A DNA stretch of 31,500 nucleotides. Origin: a virus. Lineage: Duplodnaviria > Caudoviricetes. The stretch is taken from positions 1-31,500 of IMG/VR virus record IMGVR_UViG_3300046795_000031, one strand, 5' to 3'. The first letter of the stretch is position 1, and every line of letters starts with the position of its first letter. Of this stretch, positions 15,545 through 22,917 are shown piece after piece. The translations under genes were made by a program, and so were the position numbers. The notes below the pieces were generated by a model. That model saw only the letters and a program-made list of their open reading frames with translations. It was not told the origin of the DNA and did no database searches.

Positions 15545-15841
15545 TCATCGTACCGTCTTGTTCGGTTCCGGCAGCAAGCTGCGCGGCATACAAAGCCAGT
15601 ATTCGCTTGGAATGTCTTGCAATGTTAGCCGCATGTCCTTTGGTTGCATCGCTACAAACACATTCAATTTGCTGGTGCATACGAGTTGCTGCATTTCAAT
15701 CTGAATAATATGCGCAATCTCCTCGTGTTCGTTGCTGCGCTGTTTGTGCTCCCAAACCGCGATCATCGTGAAAACCCCAACAGCTACTGCTACAAAAACC
15801 GAAGCAGCCGCACTCCATAAATTGCCGTTGCCGTTTGCCAT
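15545..15841 (-). CDS. Single-TM protein (possible lysis accessory)
   Basis: N-terminal hydrophobic helix, then a soluble domain with two Cys. Confidence 0.6.
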   Translation of the reverse strand: MANGNGNLWSAAASVFVAVAVGVFTMIAVWEHKQRSNEHEEIAHIIQIEMQQLVCTSKLNVFVAMQPKDMRLTLQDIPSEYWLCMPRSLLPEPNKTVR

Positions 15842-15864
15842 TATTCATCGCATCGTTTTGCCCT

Positions 15865-15892
15865 GTACGGGCGATTCATGAATCGCCCCTAC
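15865..15892. repeat. Family A palindrome, copy A4 (supplies a TAG stop)
   Basis: GTAC-GGGCGATTCATGAATCGCCC-CTAC. Confidence 0.95.
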
Positions 15893-16602
15893 TTCGACGT
15901 CGTAGCGCAGGCCGTCTGACTCGCCGGGCTGTTCGGGTTCCCGGTTGCCACTACCCCGACGCAATAGCTCGTATACCTTTTGCGCAGTAACCAATCCCAT
16001 GTCGTCACATCAGGAGCCAAAGTCACCAGCTTGACCGCGTCTGTCTTCGGTCCCTTAGCCGTCCTTCCCCAGACCTCGTAGCCGGTTTCATCATCAACGT
16101 CATCCCACGTCACGCGAAGGCTCGACGATGAGACCGCGGCAATCGTCACCCCGACCGGCGTACTCGGCGGAGCTCCGGTAATAGCCGGACTCGTCCAGCA
16201 CGCCTGCACGCTCGGAGGACTGGATTGCGCCGACTTGGTGGCGATGACGTCCCAGCAATGCGCCACGCCGCCCGCATCCGTGAAAGTGTTTTGAAAGCTC
16301 GTCGTGGTCGCCACTACCGTCCCGATCTGCGCCATTGCCCCGCCGGCGTCGCCGCGGCGGATCACATAATTGGCCGGCGCGTCGTGCGTGGCGTCGACCA
16401 CCGAGGCGGTCCAGCTCACCGTCGCTAGGCAATTCTGCGAGGTGGCTGTTACGCGCTGGCAGGTTTTCTGGGCCTCGGCCGGCGCCGCAGCGGCGAGTAA
16501 AAAAGTACAAAAGTAAAAGAGTACAAAAGCCCGGACCCTTTTACTCTTATACTCTTGTACCCTTGTACTCTTGTACCCTTGTACTCTTTTACTCTTGTAC
16601 AT
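15889..16602 (-). CDS. Fibronectin type III domain protein with a repeat-encoded signal peptide
   Basis: Two FN3-like units (VSWTAS...YVIRR; PSTPVGVTIAAVSSSSLRVTWDD...GYEVW). N-terminus ends FVLFYFCTFLLAAAAPAEA-Q. Confidence 0.85.
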   Translation of the reverse strand: MYKSKRVQGYKSTRVQEYKSKRVRAFVLFYFCTFLLAAAAPAEAQKTCQRVTATSQNCLATVSWTASVVDATHDAPANYVIRRGDAGGAMAQIGTVVATTTSFQNTFTDAGGVAHCWDVIATKSAQSSPPSVQACWTSPAITGAPPSTPVGVTIAAVSSSSLRVTWDDVDDETGYEVWGRTAKGPKTDAVKLVTLAPDVTTWDWLLRKRYTSYCVGVVATGNPNSPASQTACATTSK

Positions 16603-16615
16603 TTTTTACCCTCTT
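16495..16615. repeat. Family B inverted repeat, copy B4 (longest; encodes RBS, start and signal peptide)
   Basis: About 4 A-rich units, cccgg spacer, then 8-9 T-rich units (ACTCTTGT/ACCCTTGT/ACTCTTTT). Confidence 0.95.
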
Positions 16616-18643
16616 TTAGTCCGCGCTGATCTCGATCGACGACGCCGAGCTGATCTCCACGGATGCCGGCGCGGCGATCTCCACATATTTCCCCGGACCG
16701 CCGATCAATGGCGTGTTCATGTCGCTGACGATCTGCGTCGGGGATCTCGCGTAGTTATAGATTCGCGGCTCATCTATCTTGCCGACGAAGTTCTCGCCAA
16801 ATTGACTTGCGCCGATGGTTACGTTGGCGCTAGTCGGCGTCATTGCAGGCGCAGACGGCTGGCTAGTGATAGGCTTGCCGTCTAAATAAAACGTCAGCGA
16901 TGAGCCATCGTAGGTTACGGCTAAATAGGACCACGTATTAAGCGGCGGCACTGCGCTGGCGCAAATGAACTGATTGTCCGGCGTGGCGTAACCGCCAATG
17001 GGCGCAATCGGCAATGACGGGCAATAGGCAAGCTCGCTCCCTACGTAGAGAAAATATCGCTCGCCCCTGATAACAGCACTGAAGCCGGATAATACGGCAG
17101 TCGGGAAAATCCAGGCCTCCAATGTCATTGCAGGCGCAAGCGCCAAAGAAGCCGAGGCGGTAATATTCAAATTGCCGGTGCCGTCGAACATCACCGCCTT
17201 GCCGTACTTGCCGGCATTGTCCCACGTCACGCCGCCGACCAGAGCAGCATTGTTTTTTTGTCCCGATACATCGACCGCGCTGGTCCCAGTACCTTCGTCG
17301 AGGGGCAAAGCAAGCACTAATTGATTCGGGGGTGGCGCTACTGTGCCGGCAAACTCATAAGCACCCATGTCATAAGCACCGACACGGGCGGCGTTGCTAT
17401 AATCGACGTCATAGGGTGCCCCAAGAGTCGCCCCTGCATTGATGGCGGGAGAGCCAGCGGATAAATGGAAATCGCTGCCAGGATTTACAAACAATGGGTT
17501 TCCTGCACGCGAGCACCCGGCGCTAAGCGTCGGACAAAAATTATTTGAGACGTTGGCCCCAACTACGGAAAAAAGCGGCCCCGTCATAGTGTTCAGGATG
17601 TTATTCTTAACGATGGTATCGGACAGATTCTCAAACCCCGCAGCACTCATGCTATAAACCGTATTTTCTGCAATCGTCACATTTGAAGCGGTCGAATGGA
17701 GCGCAACAGCCTTCGTGCCACAGTTAAAGATATTGTTAAATATCTTTTGGCTGCTCGATGAGTCCGCGTGCCAAAACATGATGGCAGGAGGATTACTAGG
17801 GTCAGGCGGGCCAGATGTGCTACAAGCTCCGTAGTGGTGAAAATAGTTTCCCTCTATGGTGATGTTGCCTATCTTAAAAATTCCTTGGGAATTCATGTGA
17901 ATCCCGTAGGAAGGGAAATCGTAAAATTCGTTCCCCTTGATGATAGAATCGTACCCTTTGGCATAAATCACATAAGCAAATCCCACCCCATCGGTGAATC
18001 CGCCACTATGAAATTTGTTATTTAACACCTCTATGTTATTCCCGTCCTGAGGCGGACCGTCGTGGCCGAACATGAACATATTGTTCTTAGGCGAGTTCTT
18101 CCATTCGTTGTATTGAAAACGCACATAATTAGGCCCGGTATCGCCGCACGCTATACTTACGCCTGCGTCCGTGACGGTCATCAAGGCCATGTCAAAAACA
18201 AAGCCGTCAATGATGGTAAAATAGTTGGTGCCTACGGCAGGACTACACCAACGCAGCAAGACGCCATCACGTCTAATCGTAACCGTTCCCCGCGTTTCTG
18301 CTTTGAGCGTGAACGGGGCGCTCCAAGACGTACCCCTTGGCATCAAGAACACTCCAAGCGAAGCCTCGTCCAAGTTTTCTGAGTAGGTTCCCGGTTTGAC
18401 GATGACCGTCTTGTTGGCCCCGGCCCCAGCTGAAGTGCCGATACAATCCAGCGCGGCCTTGATCGTGGTTGACGGCGTGGAGGAAGTTTGCATCGTGGTG
18501 CAGTTGGTCGTCGAGCCGCCCCCGGCGTAGTAGGTTTGCGCGGCGGCAGACGGTAAAAAAGTGCAAAAGTACAAGAGTAAAAGAGCGAGGAAAAATCCGA
18601 GACTCTTGTACTCTTGCACTCTTTTACTCTTATACTTCTTCAT
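16616..18643 (-). CDS. Right-handed beta-helix plus LamG/concanavalin domain protein with a repeat-encoded signal peptide
   Basis: TIKAALD...VIVKPGTYSE, repeated I..N.F turns, DFHLSAGSPAINAG...YDMGAYE, and a LamG part (MTLEAWI...WSYLAVTYDG...GKIDEPRIYN). Confidence 0.9.
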   Translation of the reverse strand: MKKYKSKRVQEYKSLGFFLALLLLYFCTFLPSAAAQTYYAGGGSTTNCTTMQTSSTPSTTIKAALDCIGTSAGAGANKTVIVKPGTYSENLDEASLGVFLMPRGTSWSAPFTLKAETRGTVTIRRDGVLLRWCSPAVGTNYFTIIDGFVFDMALMTVTDAGVSIACGDTGPNYVRFQYNEWKNSPKNNMFMFGHDGPPQDGNNIEVLNNKFHSGGFTDGVGFAYVIYAKGYDSIIKGNEFYDFPSYGIHMNSQGIFKIGNITIEGNYFHHYGACSTSGPPDPSNPPAIMFWHADSSSSQKIFNNIFNCGTKAVALHSTASNVTIAENTVYSMSAAGFENLSDTIVKNNILNTMTGPLFSVVGANVSNNFCPTLSAGCSRAGNPLFVNPGSDFHLSAGSPAINAGATLGAPYDVDYSNAARVGAYDMGAYEFAGTVAPPPNQLVLALPLDEGTGTSAVDVSGQKNNAALVGGVTWDNAGKYGKAVMFDGTGNLNITASASLALAPAMTLEAWIFPTAVLSGFSAVIRGERYFLYVGSELAYCPSLPIAPIGGYATPDNQFICASAVPPLNTWSYLAVTYDGSSLTFYLDGKPITSQPSAPAMTPTSANVTIGASQFGENFVGKIDEPRIYNYARSPTQIVSDMNTPLIGGPGKYVEIAAPASVEISSASSIEISAD
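18553..18640. repeat. Family B inverted repeat, copy B5 (encodes a signal peptide)
   Basis: AAAAGTGC AAAAGTAC AAGAGTAA AAGAG-spacer-ACTCTTGT ACTCTTGC ACTCTTTT ACTCTTAT ACTTC. Confidence 0.95.
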
Positions 18644-19737
18644 TGAATCCCCACCACCCTTCGCCGCGTTCCCGCCCCTCCCACAGTAGCTATGTCGCCC
18701 ACTTCAAAATCGTCGAGCCGCGCCGTTTCACTGCCACTGACGGCAAACGCGGAATTGAGCATCATGCCGCCGCGTCCGCTGGTATGAGTCGAATCCGTGC
18801 CCGTCAGAACGGAAACGCCATTGCGAAAAACGGTCAGTCCCGTGCCGCTGATTTCGAGCCGCGCCACATCGCCGAAGCTCCATAGGGGATAGCCACTTTC
18901 GGTGCCAACTGTTGTCGAAGCACCGGCTACGCGCTTTTGTAAAAGGGTGGATACGCTGCCGCTGACATGCCGCCCGCAGCGGGCAAAATAGCCACTAAAA
19001 GTGCTCGGCGCTGCCATGCGCACGGCTGGACCGACATCACCATCTCCGGTCGTAAGGTATTGCACGATGACGCCTTGAGCGTATTGATCCGGCCCCGGCG
19101 TAACTGCGTTATAAGAAGCAACACAGCGCGAGCCGATGGCACACTCTGCGGCATTGCTGACAACCGTAGGGGTTGACTCACCGGTATACCCGCCGCTCCA
19201 ATTAGCACTGAGCGCAGAAGTCCCTGTGTTAAAGTTGTCCGTCGCCGAGGCTGCCCACGCCAAGGCCGCGCCGAGTAGGGGCGATTCATGAATCGCCCTT
19301 ACGGCGAAGCGAATCGCCCGGTCCCGGTAGTCCCGCCATGAGCCCTTGATGACCGCCGGAGGTGGAGTCATCGCCTTTAGATCGGCCTTTGGATCGCGTA
19401 TGAGGATAGCCGCTGCCGCCTCTGCCGGTGGTATTGCCTTGCTGGCAATTCCCGGCGGAAGCGTCAACGTAGTAGGAAAACAGACGTAGGTGTCGGGATA
19501 TGTCGGCTTGCCATCTGGATTGCTTGGAATATGCGCCGACCAGTTAGCGCCGAGCATTCCCTCGACACCTGGCGGGATAGCAGGTCTATAAGGCGAGCTA
19601 TCCGAGCCATTACCGATGATCGGCAATAAGAGGCAGTCCGCCTGCGCAAGCGCGGGGAAGTACAAAAGTATAAAAGTACAAAAGTACAAAGGTCCGAGAC
19701 TCTTGTACACTTTTACTCTTGTACCCTTGTACTTCAT
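18640..19737 (-). CDS. Two-domain protein (Pro-rich N-domain plus concanavalin-like C-domain) with a repeat-encoded signal peptide
   Basis: Start MKYKGTRV at 19737, one nt after the upstream TGA. ALAQA-D site. C-domain ATDNFN...DQYAQ...RLEISGTGLTVFRNG...LDDFEVG. Confidence 0.8.
   Translation of the reverse strand: MKYKGTRVKVYKSLGPLYFCTFILLYFPALAQADCLLLPIIGNGSDSSPYRPAIPPGVEGMLGANWSAHIPSNPDGKPTYPDTYVCFPTTLTLPPGIASKAIPPAEAAAAILIRDPKADLKAMTPPPAVIKGSWRDYRDRAIRFAVRAIHESPLLGAALAWAASATDNFNTGTSALSANWSGGYTGESTPTVVSNAAECAIGSRCVASYNAVTPGPDQYAQGVIVQYLTTGDGDVGPAVRMAAPSTFSGYFARCGRHVSGSVSTLLQKRVAGASTTVGTESGYPLWSFGDVARLEISGTGLTVFRNGVSVLTGTDSTHTSGRGGMMLNSAFAVSGSETARLDDFEVGDIATVGGAGTRRRVVGIQ
19275..19302. repeat. 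Family A palindrome, copy A5 (in-frame VRAIHESPL)
   Basis: GTAG-GGGCGATTCATGAATCGCCC-TTAC, with an extra half copy GAATCGCCCG at 19311-19320. Confidence 0.95.
19657..19735. repeat. Family B inverted repeat, copy B6 (encodes a signal peptide)
   Basis: GAAGTAC AAAAGTAT AAAAGTAC AAAAGTAC AAAGGT-ccgag-ACTCTTGT ACACTTTT ACTCTTGT ACCCTTGT ACTTC. Confidence 0.95.
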
Positions 19738-19738
19738 T

Positions 19739-21460
19739 TCATTCACTATCCACCACAAACGTGATCGTCACCGTGACTCTTTTAGTTGCACCGCCGACCG
19801 CCGCATTGACCATGACGAAATCAATCATCTGACCGATAGCGATGGCGTCCTCGCCTGAAACAAAACTCGTCGAAGTCGCACCGCTTGTAGTGCAATCCAG
19901 ATCGGACGAAAGAATATTCGCCGGGCTGCCATCATTGCGCTGCAAGTTTATTCTGGCGGTATTGGTATTCGTCCTGCACTTGACGCTCGTAATGTGAAAA
20001 GCCGCCAATTGATTCTCGTAAATATCCGGTTGATCGTCGCCGTTGGTAAGGTCGGCACCCGTGTCCGATCCGATGATGAAAGTAATGTTGCGCTTTCTAA
20101 GCGTCGCCGCCTGGATGCCCACTTTACCGGTGGTGCCGGTCGCTTTTAGTTGAACGCTGTTGGTGGAGACATCCCCGATCTCTATTTTCTTGCTTGAGTT
20201 GATGCTGTCCGCATCCTCGCAAACTGTACTATCGTTGAGCGTTGTGGCGCTGGCCGCTTTGGATAAACAGCCGGTAGCCAAACCGCTAATGCCGCCGGGC
20301 GCGTTGCCGAGCTGCGAGACCATTTGAAAATTGGTCCCATCGTGGACGACTTCAACGATCTGGCCGGCGCGGATATCGTTGTCGACAAGATCGGTCGTCA
20401 CGCCGCCCACCGGCTTTTTGATCGTGACCGGGCTGGCGATGCCGTTCAGTGCCAACGTCGCCGCGCCGGTGTTGGCCGTATTCGCTTTAAAAAAGTAATG
20501 AGCGCCGGTCGTATACGCCGTGATCGACGGTGTCAGTGCGCAAGCATAGGCGTCGGTCGATCCGGCGTCGGCACAGTACGCGCTCGCCCCTGGATTGATG
20601 ATAGTCGAGAGAGCGCGCCAGCTGCTCACACCAGAAGTCGCATCATATTGGAGGATCAAGCCCTGATTCGGCCCGACTATGATATCGGAACCGAAGGCAA
20701 AGCGGCTGCCGGTAGCCGATGACGATGATTGATTAGGGAAGATCGCAGCAAAACTGCCGACGTTGTAAAGCGTGAGGATGCGTCCGTCTTGCCCGCCAAG
20801 AAGTCCGGTGATCGACCATATCGCGTTAGTGCTGAATCTGATCGTTGAGGCGGTCGAGAGGCCGGTTGGATTCCAGTCGTTGGTGTTGGCGGTCAAAGCG
20901 GCTGGCGTGATATCGCCGGCGAGGTCGAGGCGGCCGAGCTGGATGATCTTGCCGAGGATCGCCACAGTCGAGCATAGACCAACTTGAGGTTGCGGACCGC
21001 CTGGATTGATAACGCATATTTCGTTACTCGTTGGCAATACGTCAGTGACATCGCCAGTCCCGCCGCCACCCGCGCCGCCGCCGATCGACGCCCATGCCGA
21101 GCCGTTCCATGCGCAAAGCACGCGAGTCGAGCCGCCGCCCACTGTGCAATCCGTCCCGCTCGCGCCGTTTGTCACGATCGAGAGCGGATGCGAGGCAGGG
21201 AGAGCCGCAACCGTATATTCGGGCAATTTAAATAAAACTGTCTTGCCGGTGAGATCCACCGTACTGCAAAGCGTGATCGACGGCGCGACTCCTGGCGTAT
21301 TGCCAATGCAAACCGCATTGGTCTCGCCTGTCGGAATCATTTCAGATTTGCGCGGGATGTTCGGGCTGATCGATGAATCGGGAATGTATTGCGCCGCGTG
21401 TAGGGGCGATTCATGAATCGCCCCTACGATGACCAATAAAATTAATAATATTTTTTTCAT
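19739..21460 (-). CDS. Mosaic tail-fibre-like protein with a signal peptide
   Basis: Start MKKILLILLVIVGAIHESPLHA-A at 21460. Fibre-type modules (FKANTANTGAATLALNG...DIRAGQIVEVVHDGTNFQM; GGQDGRILTLYN). Confidence 0.8.
   Translation of the reverse strand: MKKILLILLVIVGAIHESPLHAAQYIPDSSISPNIPRKSEMIPTGETNAVCIGNTPGVAPSITLCSTVDLTGKTVLFKLPEYTVAALPASHPLSIVTNGASGTDCTVGGGSTRVLCAWNGSAWASIGGGAGGGGTGDVTDVLPTSNEICVINPGGPQPQVGLCSTVAILGKIIQLGRLDLAGDITPAALTANTNDWNPTGLSTASTIRFSTNAIWSITGLLGGQDGRILTLYNVGSFAAIFPNQSSSSATGSRFAFGSDIIVGPNQGLILQYDATSGVSSWRALSTIINPGASAYCADAGSTDAYACALTPSITAYTTGAHYFFKANTANTGAATLALNGIASPVTIKKPVGGVTTDLVDNDIRAGQIVEVVHDGTNFQMVSQLGNAPGGISGLATGCLSKAASATTLNDSTVCEDADSINSSKKIEIGDVSTNSVQLKATGTTGKVGIQAATLRKRNITFIIGSDTGADLTNGDDQPDIYENQLAAFHITSVKCRTNTNTARINLQRNDGSPANILSSDLDCTTSGATSTSFVSGEDAIAIGQMIDFVMVNAAVGGATKRVTVTITFVVDSE
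21400..21427. repeat. Family A palindrome, copy A6 (perfect 28 bp, inside a signal peptide)
   Basis: GTAGGGGCGATTCATGAATCGCCCCTAC. Confidence 0.97.
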
Positions 21461-21462
21461 GT

Positions 21463-21699
21463 TTACCAGAAATATCGCGCCCAAAGGTCCACGCCGCTTG
21501 CCGGCGCGATCCCCATCTTGACCGCCGTACCCGACACTCCGTACTCCGCCTCGCCCGGTGTCGGATTGACCGCCACGCGCACTTGACGGATGCCGCTGTG
21601 AACGATCATCATGCTTTCCGCTATCGGCGTGTGACTGATCGTAAAGTTCACGTTTGATCCGTTCTTGGTGCCGATGAGATCTTCGATAACCCACGTCAT
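21463..21699 (-). CDS. Small beta protein paralogous to the C-terminal domain of 22086..22847
   Basis: EDLIGTKNGSNVNFTISHTP...HSGIRQVRV versus ETPSGGTGTVFTLSQNP...WSGLVLKRV. An alternative GTG start at 21774 adds a hydrophobic leader. Confidence 0.75.
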   Translation of the reverse strand: MTWVIEDLIGTKNGSNVNFTISHTPIAESMMIVHSGIRQVRVAVNPTPGEAEYGVSGTAVKMGIAPASGVDLWARYFW

Positions 21700-21797
21700 G
21701 ATCCACCAAAGTAAAAAAGTACAAAAGTAAAAGAGTAAAAGAGTCCGGACTTTTTTACCTTTGTACTCTTGCACTCTTTTACCCTCTTATATTTCAT
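21696..21797 (-). CDS. 33-aa micro-ORF encoded by repeat B7
   Basis: MKYKRVKECKSTKVKKSGLFYSFTFVLFYFGGS. ATGA overlaps at both ends. Confidence 0.5.
   Translation of the reverse strand: MKYKRVKECKSTKVKKSGLFYSFTFVLFYFGGS
21707..21793. repeat. Family B inverted repeat, copy B7
   Basis: AAAAGTAC AAAAGTAA AAGAGTAA AAGAGT-ccgg-ACTTTTTT ACCTTTGT ACTCTTGC ACTCTTTT. Confidence 0.95.
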
Positions 21798-21994
21798 GTC
21801 TTTACTTCCCATTGATCGTAAAACCGGCACACCGAATTCTGATAAATCACCTCGGCAGAGAGCAGCCACGTCTCGTTTGGCACCTGCCCGACATCGCGGA
21901 TCGAGCGCAGCTTGCCGTAGTCGATCCAATCGCCCTCGCCCCATTTGATTCTTATTTGCTGCCCTACTACCGGCAGTCCTTCGGCAAATGTCAT
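21794..21994 (-). CDS. Hypothetical protein flanked by two family B repeats
   Basis: Start MTFAEGLP at 21994. Confidence 0.65.
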   Translation of the reverse strand: MTFAEGLPVVGQQIRIKWGEGDWIDYGKLRSIRDVGQVPNETWLLSAEVIYQNSVCRFYDQWEVKT

Positions 21995-22089
21995 AATCTC
22001 TCGAATGTACAAGAGTAAAAAAGTACAAAGGTAAAAGAATCCGAGGACTCTTGTACTCTTGCACTCTTATACTCTTTTACTTTTTTCAT
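21991..22089 (-). CDS. 32-aa micro-ORF encoded by repeat B8
   Basis: MKKVKEYKSARVQESSDSFTFVLFYSCTFERL. ATGA overlaps at both ends. Confidence 0.5.
   Translation of the reverse strand: MKKVKEYKSARVQESSDSFTFVLFYSCTFERL
22005..22086. repeat. Family B inverted repeat, copy B8
   Basis: AAGAGTAA AAAAGTAC AAAGGTAA-aagaatccgagg-ACTCTTGT ACTCTTGC ACTCTTAT ACTCTTTT ACTTTTTT. Confidence 0.95.
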
Positions 22090-22847
22090 GCCGTCACATA
22101 TTGGGCGGTGATATTTTGCCCGGCTACAACACTTGAGCCCATCGTAATAGTGCGGTTGCCGACACCTCCCGCGGTAAACTGAAGCTCTGCCGGTGCCGAG
22201 GCGACGCGCTTCAAAACTAAACCCGACCAGGCGACGATTAGGGAATTCAAATCGGGGTTTTGACTCAGTGTAAATACCGTCCCGGTCCCGCCGCTCGGCG
22301 TCTCGGTGACGAACGTCCCTATATTAGCGACTGTCGACGGCGGCGTCGGTATCGTCTGCGGCGGGACGTCGAGCAGCGCCGCCTGGATCGCGGTGATCTC
22401 CGAATTGGAGATGATCGAATTGAGCTTGCAGACATGACTGATATGTATTCCAAGAGCGCCGACATATACGCCGCTGCCATTAAACGGATTGCTATTAGTC
22501 GGCGTCGACTTGGGTACGCGATCTTCAAACCAAATCAGCGTGCTTGCATTGCTTAATATATTCTCAGTAGCAAATGAGAGAGTTTCTCCGGTAGTCATCG
22601 CGATGCCCAAATTGAGTTCATAATAGCCGTTGCTATCCACTGCATATTGAAATCGCGGTACATTGACCGCCACAGCATGAATGAATCCATCCCGCCGAAT
22701 CGCAGTCGATGTACTCGCTCGCGTAAATGTCACGCCATCGATCCCCATGAAGTCCAGGTTATCCAATAGCGGCGCATAGAAAGTGATTTTCTTGCGCAGC
22801 GTGTAGTTCAATTTCAATAAATTGGCGATGGTCCAAAATTGCAACAT
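22086..22847 (-). CDS. Putative tail fibre/adaptor protein
   Basis: TFTRASTSTA..RDG.I..VAVNVPRF motif typical of fibre N-termini. Follows the tail-tip gene. Confidence 0.7.
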   Translation of the reverse strand: MLQFWTIANLLKLNYTLRKKITFYAPLLDNLDFMGIDGVTFTRASTSTAIRRDGFIHAVAVNVPRFQYAVDSNGYYELNLGIAMTTGETLSFATENILSNASTLIWFEDRVPKSTPTNSNPFNGSGVYVGALGIHISHVCKLNSIISNSEITAIQAALLDVPPQTIPTPPSTVANIGTFVTETPSGGTGTVFTLSQNPDLNSLIVAWSGLVLKRVASAPAELQFTAGGVGNRTITMGSSVVAGQNITAQYVTA

Positions 22848-22859
22848 TTAAATTCACAT

Positions 22860-22913
22860 GTAGGGGCGATTCATGAATCGCCCTTACGAATCGCCCGTAC
22901 GAATCGCCCGTAC
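22860..22913. repeat. Family A palindrome, copy A7, with two extra tandem half-sites
   Basis: GTAG-GGGCGATTCATGAATCGCCC-TTAC, then GAATCGCCCGTAC x2. Confidence 0.95.
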
Positions 22914-22917
22914 CATT

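Noticed and set aside
21461-21724. N-terminal extension of the 661-aa ORF 19739..21724
   Set aside because: It overlaps the better-supported 21463..21699 gene. The start at 21460 gives a clean signal peptide two nt after the upstream stop.
21696-22064. 122-aa ORF spanning repeats B8 and B7
   Set aside because: It is a shadow frame of 21794..21994. Only its last 33 codons have a coupled ATG start.
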